A program made the position numbers and the translations under genes. From the IMG/VR virus record IMGVR_UViG_2934853166_000001: a stretch of 22,776 bases of DNA. One strand, written 5' to 3'. Under the pieces are notes generated by a model that made no database searches, was not told where the DNA came from, and saw only the letters and a program-made list of their open reading frames with translations. The stretch is from an uncultured virus (IMG/VR IMGVR_UViG_2934853166_000001). Lineage: Duplodnaviria; Heunggongvirae; Uroviricota; Caudoviricetes. Below, one piece after another: positions 7,199-15,525 of the stretch (its first letter is position 1; every line of letters starts with the position of its first letter).

Positions 7199-8284
7199 TC
7201 AGCGCCGCTGGTCGGCGATCCGGTTCAGGTCAGTGAGTGGGCGCGGCGTGTACGAGGGACGCCATGCGGGGTTGTCGCGGCGCACGGCAAGGGCCGCCCA
7301 GTCGATGCGGCCGGCGCGCAGCAAGGCGAGGCGGGCGGGGCCCATGACTTGCCGTTGCTGGTCGTCGGTGAGCGCATCGAATGCGGTCTGCCGGTCGGGG
7401 ATGCTGTCGGCTGGTTCGTTGAGGTCGATGCCGAGAGCGCGCCACGGTTTCGCCTTGGGGGCGCGGGCGCAGCGGCCTTGCTGGTGGTCGAGTGGGCCGG
7501 CGGAGTCCAGTGGGTGGACGGTGCCGTGGAGCGCCCAGCAGGAGGGGCATGTTCGGGCTGCGCCTTTGCCGGTGACGGTGGCCAGCCACACCCAGCCGTC
7601 GAGGACGTCGGCGTTGGCTTCGTGCGCGTAGCGGGCTGCGACCCGGTACGCGTCGAGCGTCTCCGTTCGAGCGATGGTCACGGCCCGGTTTGCGCCGCCG
7701 CTGAAAGCACCATTCACGGACGCGACCATGCGGCGGGCGGTATCACGCGGGTTCGCGCCCAGCCTCACCCCGCGTACCAGTTCCCGGCGCATCGCCGCCG
7801 ACGCATCCGCCGACAGGGGCCGGGTTTGGGCGGTGATCTGCTGGGTCACTCGCGTCCGGATCACGTCGAGGGCCGACGGCAGGATCCGCGCGGTCACCCG
7901 GTCGCGCATAGCCTGCCGGTATTGGGCGGGCATCTGTGAGGCGATCACGTCTGGTTCGGCGGAGACTGTGGCGGCGATGGCGAGCCCGGCGGCGGCGATG
8001 ACGGCGGCAGTGGTCGCGGCGGCGAGGCCGTCGAGTTCGGTGTCGGCGGTGTCGAGGGCCTGCTGCACCTGTTCGACGCGGGCGATCTCTACCGGGTTGG
8101 GCCAGCGTCCGCGTTCAACGGCCCACGCCACCAGCACGTCGACTGCTTCACGCCAGGTGGGGGCGATGCGGTCCCATGCTTGCACCCACTGCGCGGCGAG
8201 GTCGCGTACGGCGTCGTCCGCGTAGCCGCCGACGGCGGTGCGCATGGCCCGGATGAGTTGCAGGGTGCGGGAGGTGACAGGCAA
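7199..8284 (-). CDS. MuF/SPP1 gp7-like minor head protein (short form, no toxin extension)
   Basis: Motifs RAVTIARTETLDAYR, GWVW.A.....RTCPSCWALHG and DHQQGRCAR. Lies between portal and protease; TTG start. Confidence 0.88.
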   Translation of the reverse strand: MPVTSRTLQLIRAMRTAVGGYADDAVRDLAAQWVQAWDRIAPTWREAVDVLVAWAVERGRWPNPVEIARVEQVQQALDTADTELDGLAAATTAAVIAAAGLAIAATVSAEPDVIASQMPAQYRQAMRDRVTARILPSALDVIRTRVTQQITAQTRPLSADASAAMRRELVRGVRLGANPRDTARRMVASVNGAFSGGANRAVTIARTETLDAYRVAARYAHEANADVLDGWVWLATVTGKGAARTCPSCWALHGTVHPLDSAGPLDHQQGRCARAPKAKPWRALGIDLNEPADSIPDRQTAFDALTDDQQRQVMGPARLALLRAGRIDWAALAVRRDNPAWRPSYTPRPLTDLNRIADQRR

Positions 8285-8303
8285 CCTGCACCCCCGGCGG
8301 TTG

Positions 8304-8312
8304 TGCGACGAT
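8304..8312 (+). promoter_or_regulatory. Putative extended -10 element (TG-c-GACGAT) for a leaderless transcript
   Basis: Sits 7 nt before the ATG at 8320, with no SD sequence in between. Confidence 0.4.
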
Positions 8313-8319
8313 CCCTGAC

Positions 8320-8535
8320 ATGACCGTGAGGCAGAAGTTCGACCTTGGTGATCTTGTCGAGGTCACCTACGTTGAAGACGGGATACGTCGCACGTACCGA
8401 GGGGTCGTCCTCGAAGTTGACGAGCGTCTAGTGATTCAGGTGACTTACGGTGGGAACGGCCCGGTGGGGGCGGGGTGGCACGTGGCCCCCTACAACCACG
8501 CGGGGGATGTCAGCGTCATTAAGGTCTCCTGCTGA
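8320..8535 (+). CDS. Small beta-barrel (SH3/KOW-like) hypothetical protein, antisense to the late operon
   Basis: 71 aa filling an otherwise empty intergenic gap. FDLGDLVEVTY...YRGVVLEVD..LVIQV fits an SH3-like strand pattern. Candidate promoter upstream and hairpin downstream. Confidence 0.65.
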   Translation: MTVRQKFDLGDLVEVTYVEDGIRRTYRGVVLEVDERLVIQVTYGGNGPVGAGWHVAPYNHAGDVSVIKVSC

Positions 8536-8579
8536 CCTTCATCAGTTTCTCCCCGCGCGCTCCTGTCGGGGGGTTTGGC

Positions 8580-8614
8580 GTCGGGGTGGCCGGACCGTAG
8601 ACGGCCACCCCGAC
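8580..8614. terminator. 13-bp inverted repeat between convergent genes
   Basis: GTCGGGGTGGCCG-gaccgtaga-CGGCCACCCCGAC, with no clear U-tract. Confidence 0.55.
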
Positions 8615-8628
8615 ACGATCAGAGGCGG

Positions 8629-9042
8629 TCAGATGCCGCCGCGCTCCCGGTCCTCCACCGAACCCGGGGCCGGCTCACCCTCCACACCCGGAACCGGGGC
8701 CGGCTCCACGATCGGCGGCTCGTAGCCGTCGTCCGCCGACGCCGCCGCGTCCCGCAGCGCATCCACGTCGGCCTTCATGCCGTCCACGATCGCCTGCTGC
8801 TCCTCGGACAGCTCGCCGTCCTGGAGTTCCTGCACCCGCGTCTCCAGGCGGCCGATCGCGTCACGCAGGTTGGTCGACGACGCGGCCTGCGCCTCGGCGA
8901 GCCCGTTGAGGCGGTTGCGGAGGTCGTTCATCTCGTCGCTGAACTTGGCCATGATCCGTTTCTCCTGCTCGTGTAGTTCCTTGCGGAGCCTGGTGATTCC
9001 GAGGCTCCGGCGGAGTTCCCGCCACACCCGCATGCCGGTCAC
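8629..9042 (-). CDS. Coiled-coil hypothetical protein
   Basis: GTGA overlap with the portal stop. Heptad-rich helical body and acidic Pro-rich tail; exact start uncertain. Confidence 0.7.
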   Translation of the reverse strand: MTGMRVWRELRRSLGITRLRKELHEQEKRIMAKFSDEMNDLRNRLNGLAEAQAASSTNLRDAIGRLETRVQELQDGELSEEQQAIVDGMKADVDALRDAAASADDGYEPPIVEPAPVPGVEGEPAPGSVEDRERGGI

Positions 9043-10775
9043 CCCCGTCTGCGTCGTGCCCGCTTGGGTGGTGCGGGGATGGGCAGGGCGAGCTGTTCGG
9101 TTGCTGGCCCGTCACCCGGATCCGGCTCATCGCCGCCGGATGGATCGTCGTCGTCGGGGGTCATTGGTCCGGGGCCGGTGTCGGCGGGGTCGCCGCCTGC
9201 TCGCTGCCGGTCCGCCGCCGGGGACCCCAACGGCTGCGGCCACAGAAACTCCCCGTCGGGACCGACCATGGCCTCCACAAGCTGGTCGACATTGCGGACA
9301 CCGAGCGCGGTGAGCAGCAGCCGAGCCACCACCTCCGGTGGGATCGTGCCCGTCCCGCTGGCCTCCACCACCGCTGTCACCACAGCCTGCGGGTCGATGC
9401 TGTCCAGGCGCGGCCACTCAATGTCGATGGTCGCGTCAGTGTCGCCGTCCAGGGCGAGCACATCCCGGCCCGTGTACGGGTCAACGCTGATGCTGCCCTT
9501 CAACGGGCCTTCGGGAGCCCGCACCGATTCGGTGATGACGTAGCGGAGGATCCGGTGCAGCACCTGCGACCACAGGTCGCGGCGTTGCCCCATCGCCGTC
9601 TCGGTCGGCTTGTCGAGGGTTTCGGCCGTGGCCCGCGCCCCGGTCACGCCGGGGTCGCCGAGCAGCATCGTCACCGGCACGTCGAGGGCGGCAGCCACCA
9701 TGGCGGCGAGGGGCCTGCCGGAGTCGGCGTCGAGCGTCGCACCGCTCTTGGAGACCGCCTCCAACTGGACGTCGGGGGGCAGGATGGCGGTCGCACCGGC
9801 GTGCATCGGCTCACCGGTGGTGGGGTCGCGGGCTGGCGGCGCGGCCAGGCGGGTGCGAACGGCAGCGTTCCGTCCGCCGGGCGCGCTGGCCTTCCACGCG
9901 TACCGGGACAGCGACCGCATCAGCCGCGCCCAGTCCTCCAAGAACTCCTTGTAAGCCTTCGCCCAGTCGATCGCCGCGTACGAGTCAGGGATGCCGCGCA
10001 ACCAGCCGAGCGGCTGGTTGACCGGCACGTGCAGCACCGGCACAGCCCAATCCACCTTCACGCCGGCGTACATGCCGGGCCGGGTGGTGGGCCTGTAGTC
10101 CACCGCCGGATACAACTGCTTCCGGGACTCTCGCACCGGGTTGCCCCGCCCGTCGCGGCCCACATGCGTCCACTGCCGCAGGTAGAACCAGGGGGTAGCG
10201 GCGTCCTCCGGGTCGCAGATCACCTCGGCGATCTCATCCGCCGGCAGGACCCGCGCCTGCACATGCCCCGTCTTCGGGCGGGTGAACAACGCCAGGAACA
10301 CTTCACCGTCGCAGCCCAGGCCGAACGTCTCCAAGGCGTCGCGGGCCTGCGCGCCCGTCAACGTCCGCTGGTTGCCGGGGTCGTCGAGGAACGCCTTCAC
10401 AACCGCCTGCACATCCTGCTCACGGTCCTTACGACCATTCGCGCGGGCGGTGATCTCCACACCCTGACCCCACACATACGAGCTGCGCAGGTTCAGGCCA
10501 CGGCGGATCAGCGGGCTCTTGAGCGCGAACAGGCGGCATATCGCCCGCATCTGCGTCATCGCCTCAGGGGAGAACTCGTGCTCGCCCTGCGCGGTCAGCC
10601 GGATCCAACCCGGCTCGTACAGGGCCCGCTGCAAGTCGGCGACCGTCTCTTGCAGCATCTCGTTGTTGTTCGTCTCCTGCTCCAGCCGTTCGAGCAGCTT
10701 CACGACCTGCTCTTGCGACACCACCTCGGCGGACGGGGCGACCTCGGCGACAGCGGCAACCTCAGACACGGTCAC
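9039..10775 (-). CDS. Portal protein
   Basis: 578 aa directly after terL. Motifs SPLIRRGLNLRSSYVWGQGV, DGEVFLAL, EI..VICDPED, GIPD.YAAIDWA and VP..LLGD....ARATAETLD.P. Confidence 0.88.
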   Translation of the reverse strand: MTVSEVAAVAEVAPSAEVVSQEQVVKLLERLEQETNNNEMLQETVADLQRALYEPGWIRLTAQGEHEFSPEAMTQMRAICRLFALKSPLIRRGLNLRSSYVWGQGVEITARANGRKDREQDVQAVVKAFLDDPGNQRTLTGAQARDALETFGLGCDGEVFLALFTRPKTGHVQARVLPADEIAEVICDPEDAATPWFYLRQWTHVGRDGRGNPVRESRKQLYPAVDYRPTTRPGMYAGVKVDWAVPVLHVPVNQPLGWLRGIPDSYAAIDWAKAYKEFLEDWARLMRSLSRYAWKASAPGGRNAAVRTRLAAPPARDPTTGEPMHAGATAILPPDVQLEAVSKSGATLDADSGRPLAAMVAAALDVPVTMLLGDPGVTGARATAETLDKPTETAMGQRRDLWSQVLHRILRYVITESVRAPEGPLKGSISVDPYTGRDVLALDGDTDATIDIEWPRLDSIDPQAVVTAVVEASGTGTIPPEVVARLLLTALGVRNVDQLVEAMVGPDGEFLWPQPLGSPAADRQRAGGDPADTGPGPMTPDDDDPSGGDEPDPGDGPATEQLALPIPAPPKRARRRRG

Positions 10776-10787
10776 CCCCAGGTGCGG

Positions 10788-12314
10788 TTAGACCGGCGAA
10801 ATCTCGAACCCGGCGTCGTCGGCGTCCTCAAACACGTCCTCCGACAGCGGCGGCGTAGCCGGGGCAGTGAGGATCAGCGCGTCCGCTCGGTCAGGGGACG
10901 GCATCCCCCGCTTACGCATCTCATCCTTCGACTCGATCTGCACCTGACCGCGAGCCGTGTACCGGTACTTGATCGCACCCAACTGGGCGGCAAGCTCATC
11001 GTCGTCCGGATCGAGGTCGATGTCGCCGTCCTCAAACCTGGTCCGGAGGGCCCAGGCCCACTCAGCCCTGGCGTTGACGAAATGCTCGCGGTCCACGGCA
11101 GCGCCGCCGGCTTGCATGTCCACCACGTCGTGGCCGAACTCCACAAGCTGGTCGACCACGCCGCCGCCGACACCTACGCCGTCAACGCGGACCTCATGCA
11201 CCGACCGGTCACGAACCGTCTGCACAACCCGCCCGGTCGTCTCGGTGGTGGACTGCTTCGAGTAGTCGCCGATGATCCGTGCCACCGCGCCCTGCCGCAA
11301 ACACAGGATCGTGCGATCGGATCCGAAGCGGGCCACGTCCACACCCAGCACCGACCACGGGCCCGGCTCGCATGAGCGTTCCTGCGCGGCCCGGATCCAC
11401 GAAGGGGGAATCAGCACGTCCTCGCCGATGTCGGGGAAATCGCCCAGCACCTTCGAAGTGAACCGAGGCGACTCGACACCCCAGCGGCGCATCTTGTCCG
11501 CAACCCACTCGGGGTCGAGCATCAGCGGACGCAGACCGTCGGGCACGAACTCTTCCGACGGACCCAAGCCCAACTTCTCGAACAGTTCAGCGAGGCCGGG
11601 CTGCTCGGCGATCCGCTCCGCCGTCATGTTCGGCGTCTCCAACCCGGAGATGCGGATGACGCTCCACCCGGATCCTGGCTTGCACACCTGGTGAAACTCG
11701 GTCGCCGGATCGTCCGGGTTACCGATCGCGAGGATGCGGCAATCCCGGTTGGTGGTGATCGCCTCAACGGCAGTCCACAACTGGGCAGGGATACCGCACG
11801 CCTCATCCAGGATGACCAGCACGTAGCGGCGGTGAATGCCCTGAAATCCGTGTTCGTCGGTGTCGGCAGGCTTCCGGCCGAACCCGATCAGGGTACCGTC
11901 GTCAAGCTTCCACTCATCCGACTGCAACACCCGACCGGGTAGGGGAGACCCACGGCTGGCGGCCTTCTTCGCGGCAGCGCGGATCTCCTCCCACAGGATC
12001 GCGTGAACCTGCTTGTAGGTGGGCGCGGTCGACACAACGAACGCCTCGCCGGGCGGGTGCGTGTCCAGCCACCAAGCGGCGATGCGCGACGCGATCCACG
12101 ACTTCCCGGCGTTATGGCAAGACTTGACCGCAGTCCGGCGGTTGTCCCGCACACTCTCGGCGATCTCCCGCTGCTTCGACCACAAATGCTCGCCGAGCCG
12201 ATCCTGACACCAGCCCACCGGATCCGTCAGGTACGGCGACACCGGCGGCGGCTCGAACATCCGCGCAGCGGCCTCGAACGGATCCAAGGCGGGAGCGAAC
12301 AGGGAAGCCGACAC
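10788..12314 (-). CDS. terL: Terminase large subunit
   Basis: Walker A SCHNAGKS, Walker B VLVILDEA, coupling motif IGNP, RNase H-like GVDVARFGSD and SPDRADA. GGAGG RBS. Confidence 0.95.
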   Translation of the reverse strand: MSASLFAPALDPFEAAARMFEPPPVSPYLTDPVGWCQDRLGEHLWSKQREIAESVRDNRRTAVKSCHNAGKSWIASRIAAWWLDTHPPGEAFVVSTAPTYKQVHAILWEEIRAAAKKAASRGSPLPGRVLQSDEWKLDDGTLIGFGRKPADTDEHGFQGIHRRYVLVILDEACGIPAQLWTAVEAITTNRDCRILAIGNPDDPATEFHQVCKPGSGWSVIRISGLETPNMTAERIAEQPGLAELFEKLGLGPSEEFVPDGLRPLMLDPEWVADKMRRWGVESPRFTSKVLGDFPDIGEDVLIPPSWIRAAQERSCEPGPWSVLGVDVARFGSDRTILCLRQGAVARIIGDYSKQSTTETTGRVVQTVRDRSVHEVRVDGVGVGGGVVDQLVEFGHDVVDMQAGGAAVDREHFVNARAEWAWALRTRFEDGDIDLDPDDDELAAQLGAIKYRYTARGQVQIESKDEMRKRGMPSPDRADALILTAPATPPLSEDVFEDADDAGFEISPV

Positions 12315-12323
12315 GTCGACCTC

Positions 12324-12956
12324 CTACGCCGCAGCCCCACTCGCCACCGACCGAAGGCGGAACGGCACCACTCTCGCCGCCGTCGTCTGCTGCTCGGGCG
12401 TCAGGTCCAGGTCGCCGAGGATGGCCTTGATGACCCCGGCGAGCATTGCCCCCTGCTGCTCGGCCAACCGGACGCGCCTCTCTTCAAGGCCAGATCCGAT
12501 CGCCTCCTTGCACACCTTCACCAGGTGCAGGCGTTCCCGCTGCCACAACTCAACCCAGACGTTGACCTTCGCCGCCCGAGTGGTGTCGACGCCGGGGAAC
12601 TCGCCCGCGTCTTTGGTGACTTCTTCGGTGACACCCCACACGACGTCTTCGGTGCGCAACGCCTGCACCTGCTCGTGGAGCCAGGCGACGGCACCGGCCG
12701 TGCGGTGGACTTCCTCCAGTAGGGCGTCGCGGGGGTCAACCTCGCGGGAAAGCCCGAAGGTGACAACGGCCTTCACGGCTTCGGCTTCCTGGATGCGCTT
12801 CTCCGCCGCCGCCCGAACCTGCCCAGCTTTCCCGCCGTGTTTGATGCACACCCGGCCGCCTTTGATGGGCCAGGCGGTGCATTGTTTGCCGGTGGATTTG
12901 GCGTGGCCGTTGCACTTGTCGGGGTTGTGGGGTGTGCCGCATGTCGCGCAGGTCAT
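12324..12956 (-). CDS. terS: Terminase small subunit (N-terminal C..C..C..HGG zinc motif)
   Basis: ATG at 12956 follows GGAGG. KCNGHAKSTGKQC...VCIKHGG motif and helical C-terminus; directly upstream of terL. Confidence 0.8.
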   Translation of the reverse strand: MTCATCGTPHNPDKCNGHAKSTGKQCTAWPIKGGRVCIKHGGKAGQVRAAAEKRIQEAEAVKAVVTFGLSREVDPRDALLEEVHRTAGAVAWLHEQVQALRTEDVVWGVTEEVTKDAGEFPGVDTTRAAKVNVWVELWQRERLHLVKVCKEAIGSGLEERRVRLAEQQGAMLAGVIKAILGDLDLTPEQQTTAARVVPFRLRSVASGAAA

Positions 12957-12981
12957 GGGGTACACCTCCGCGCTGCTGGGT

Positions 12982-13206
12982 TCAGGCGTCGTGGTCGACC
13001 GCGATGAGGACGGTTTCGGTGGCCGGCTGGTTGGGGCCGGTGGTGTAGCCGTTGCCGTTCTCGTCGAGGCGGAATCTGACTACTTCGACGCCTCGGTGGT
13101 CGATGGTGACGGTCTTCATGGTGTCGGCTTCTACGGGGTTGAGGCCGAGGTCGCGGAGGAAGCCGAGGATTCTGCTGAGGGGCACGCGGTGGGGGTCGTT
13201 GCTCAC
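12982..13206 (-). CDS. Hypothetical protein (74 aa), first gene of the late operon
   Basis: GTG at 13206 follows AAGGAGG; sequence MSNDPHRVPLSRILGFLRDLGL... Confidence 0.7.
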   Translation of the reverse strand: MSNDPHRVPLSRILGFLRDLGLNPVEADTMKTVTIDHRGVEVVRFRLDENGNGYTTGPNQPATETVLIAVDHDA

Positions 13207-13229
13207 GGGTGCCTCCTTCGGCGGGTGGT

Positions 13230-13269
13230 GTTCCCGGCCCGGGGCCACCCGCATGTCCGGGCCGGGAAC
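13230..13269 (-). promoter_or_regulatory. 13-bp stem-loop in the late-operon leader
   Basis: GTTCCCGGCCCGG-(14 nt)-CCGGGCCGGGAAC, immediately upstream of the first late RBS. Confidence 0.6.
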
Positions 13270-13299
13270 GGTCGGGGGCGCGGGTGCCGGGGAATGCCG

Positions 13300-13335
13300 A
13301 AAGCCCGCCGAGCGGCGAGGGCTCAGGCGGGCTTT
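13300..13335 (-). terminator. Terminator-like hairpin just downstream of the late promoter
   Basis: On +: AAAGCCCGCC-GAGC-ggcgagg-GCTC-a-GGCGGGCTTT. The stem ends in TTT on both strands. Confidence 0.6.
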
Positions 13336-13357
13336 GGGGACACTTCTCCCGTGCGTG

Positions 13358-13386
13358 ACTGTGACGGATCACGGCGATCTTGTCAA
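13358..13386 (-). promoter_or_regulatory. Putative late promoter TTGACA-N17-CACAGT
   Basis: Perfect -35 (13381-13386), 17-nt spacer and a -10 of the xAxxxT type (13358-13363). Overlaps the 3' end of the HTH gene and points into the terminase operon. Confidence 0.7.
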
Positions 13387-13800
13387 CTGGGCTCGCCGTT
13401 GTCGGTTCTGGGTGATGGTGTTTGCGGCTTCCCGGACGTGTTGGGCGAGGTAGGTGCGTGACTTGCCGCGCCATCCGAAGCGGGGCAGGAGCGGCTGGTC
13501 GGGGTGGTGTGGGTGGGGGGTGCATGCCCATTGGCGGATGACGTCTTCGCTGACGTTGGCGAGTTGGGCGGCTTCGGCGGTGGTGATGGCGTCGGTGTCT
13601 TCGGCGGTGACGGTTTGGGGGATGACCCAGGTTTCGCCGAATAGTTGGGCGGTGGCGTCTGCTTCTGCGCAGGCGTCGGGGTTGGCGGCGTTGGCGATGG
13701 CCCGGTACATGTGGGCGATTTTTTGGGCGCGGTCGGTGGCGGTGTCGCCGGGGTAGGGCCAGGGTTGGCGGCGGCCTTGGATGTCGAGGTCGGGGTTCAC
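13369..13800 (-). CDS. Helix-turn-helix DNA-binding protein (MerR/excisionase-type HTH), candidate late regulator
   Basis: C-terminal 143 aa of the 525-aa track ORF, with GTG overlapping the upstream stop. Contains ITTAEAAQLANVSEDVIRQWA...RTYLAQHV. Confidence 0.8.
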   Translation of the reverse strand: MNPDLDIQGRRQPWPYPGDTATDRAQKIAHMYRAIANAANPDACAEADATAQLFGETWVIPQTVTAEDTDAITTAEAAQLANVSEDVIRQWACTPHPHHPDQPLLPRFGWRGKSRTYLAQHVREAANTITQNRQRRAQLTRSP

Positions 13801-14534
13801 GCGTTGGCTCCGGCGCGGGCGGGCCACACGAGTTGGGTGACGTATTGCTGGTAGTCGGTGTGGGGCCAGGTGGTGTGGCAGTTGTTGCAGTACACGTCGC
13901 AGGGATCGTGTTCGTGGCGGGGGTCGTCGCGGTGGAGTTCGTTGTATCCGCAGGTGGAGCAGGTGCCGGGTAGGTGGGTGGTGCGGTGGGTGCGGCCGAG
14001 CATGCCCCGGGCGCGTGCGTGGAGGTGTTGGAGGTGGTGGATGGCTTGCCAGCCGGTGATCGGGGTGGGGTCGTCTTCGCAGCCGGTGGGGTACACGTCG
14101 GCGGCTTCGATGGCGGCGAGCTGGCGGAGGCGTGGGGCGAGGATGGTGATGGCGTGTTGGAGTGCGGCACCGGGCCGGCGGGGCTGGTCGGGTACCCAGT
14201 TGGAGAGGCCGCAGTGGTCGCGCACGATTTCTTCCCACGTGACGGCCACGTGCACGATTTCGGCTTGTAGGGCTTCTGCCGCGCCGTTGAGGGGCATGGG
14301 GGGTGCGGCTTTGCCGGTGGGCTGCATGTGGAGGGCCTGCGACAGGCTGGGGGCTTGGAGCTGTTCGAGGTCGACGTAGTCGTAGACGAGGCTGCGGATG
14401 TCGCGTTCGGCGGCTGCAAGGCACGCGTCGCAGAGGGGACTGCTGGTGGTGTCGGCGGGAGCCTTGGTGGTGGGGTTGTAGGCGCGGCACCGGGTGTCGG
14501 AGACGCAGTGTCCGGTGGGGGTGGTGTGGTGCAT
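13797..14534 (-). CDS. Zinc-finger protein, candidate late transcription regulator
   Basis: GGAG RBS. Cys motifs C....RC, LCDAC, CSTC and CNNC...W. Occupies the slot just before the late promoter. Confidence 0.75.
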   Translation of the reverse strand: MHHTTPTGHCVSDTRCRAYNPTTKAPADTTSSPLCDACLAAAERDIRSLVYDYVDLEQLQAPSLSQALHMQPTGKAAPPMPLNGAAEALQAEIVHVAVTWEEIVRDHCGLSNWVPDQPRRPGAALQHAITILAPRLRQLAAIEAADVYPTGCEDDPTPITGWQAIHHLQHLHARARGMLGRTHRTTHLPGTCSTCGYNELHRDDPRHEHDPCDVYCNNCHTTWPHTDYQQYVTQLVWPARAGANA

Positions 14535-14642
14535 GTGCTGGGTCTCCGATCAGGCGTGGGTACGCTGGGCGGTGACCTTCACGCGGGGGCGTGGGGTGGC
14601 TTGGTGGCGGTCCGTTCTGGGGAGGGCGGGCCGCCGCTGCCG

Positions 14643-14870
14643 TTAGGTCGTGGATCGCTTCCACAGATCGGTGTCGCAGGTGCGGCAATGCACGGATAGC
14701 CAGCCGAGGATCGAGTTTTCGGCGATGGTGTCGTGTTCGAGGTGCTGCTGGAACATGTCTCGCACGTCGGGCGGAAACTCGTCTAGGCGGAGGGTCAGCG
14801 ATACGGGCATTTTGTGGGTGTGGACGGTGACGTTGTGCCACCACTTCTCTGCTGGCATCTCGGCGGTCAC
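14643..14870 (-). CDS. Hypothetical protein (75 aa, HxH...CxxC)
   Basis: GTGA overlap with GGAGG RBS. Confidence 0.65.
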   Translation of the reverse strand: MTAEMPAEKWWHNVTVHTHKMPVSLTLRLDEFPPDVRDMFQQHLEHDTIAENSILGWLSVHCRTCDTDLWKRSTT

Positions 14871-15064
14871 TGCGCCTCCATGATTCGCCGCCACGTGGTG
14901 TGGCTGTCGGCGTCGAGCTGTTCGGGGGTGGGTGGTGTGGCCGCATGCGTGTGGTCGCCTGCCGGCCAGTTGTAGATCAGGGTCGGTTCGGGTTTGCAGA
15001 GCTGCCAGTCTTCGATGACGTCGTCGGGCTCAACGCCGCACTGCCAGCAGCGCACCTCGGTCAC
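14867..15064 (-). CDS. Hypothetical protein (65 aa, CxxC...HxH)
   Basis: GTGA overlaps at both ends; sequence VTEVRCWQCGVEPD...GDHTH. Confidence 0.65.
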   Translation of the reverse strand: MTEVRCWQCGVEPDDVIEDWQLCKPEPTLIYNWPAGDHTHAATPPTPEQLDADSHTTWRRIMEAQ

Positions 15065-15297
15065 CGCGCCGGGTTGCTGCGAGGCGCGTCCTGTGCCGCC
15101 TGGCGGGCGCGGTGCCGCCGGTAGGCGTGATGGCCGAACAGTGCGGTGGCGACCGTGTAGGTGAGGATGATCGCCCACGTCGGGGGGTGTACGGCCCACG
15201 CCCACAGAGCCAGCAGGGCCGCCATGGCCAGGTACAACACGGCGAGTGCTGCGATCCGTGGGCTGTTGTCTCGCATCCAGCGACGGGTGTCGGTCAT
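15061..15297 (-). CDS. Small membrane protein (two predicted TM helices)
   Basis: ATGA overlap. Hydrophobic segments IAALAVLYLAMAALLALWAWAV and WAIILTYTVATALFG, followed by a basic tail. Confidence 0.7.
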   Translation of the reverse strand: MTDTRRWMRDNSPRIAALAVLYLAMAALLALWAWAVHPPTWAIILTYTVATALFGHHAYRRHRARQAAQDAPRSNPAR

Positions 15298-15525
15298 CGT
15301 GGGCTCCATTCGGTGCGGTAGCCGGACTCGGTCGAGAACGCTGCGGCCAACGCACGCGCGGTCGGGCAGGGGTAGTCGAGCCAGGTGGCCTCGCAGGCGG
15401 GCGGTTCCGCGCACACCGCGCAGACGGTGCGTGTGCCGGCCTGCTCGGGGCCGTGTTCGGCGAGGACTGCGGGCTTCGGCGGCATCGATCTGCTGGCCGA
15501 GCCACGGCGCGAGGTGTTCGGTCAT
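15294..15525 (-). pseudogene. DUF6221-like paralogue 4, internally deleted and frameshifted
   Basis: MTEHLAPWLGQQIDAAEAR lies in one frame and AVLAEH...YPCPTARALAAAFSTESGYRTEWSPR in another. The span is 232 nt (not a multiple of 3) and the central DPxRxL motif is missing. Confidence 0.7.

Noticed and set aside
6278..8284. MuF polymorphic toxin-immunity pair
   Set aside because: MuF ends without a C-terminal toxin extension. The downstream HNH is a separate gene with its own signals, and no immunity-like ORF is present.
13500..13520. G-quadruplex-like G-run cluster on the plus strand
   Set aside because: Explained by Thr/Pro/His codons (TPHPHHP) of the HTH gene and the local skew.
12953..14946. 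488-aa and 525-aa minus-strand ORFs
   Set aside because: Low-complexity Pro/Thr/Ser/Arg alternative frames. Only the last 143 aa of the 525-aa ORF is credible, starting at the GTGA overlap at 13800.
15061..15297. Holin
   Set aside because: It has two TM segments but lies in the early region with no adjacent endolysin, so there is not enough support.
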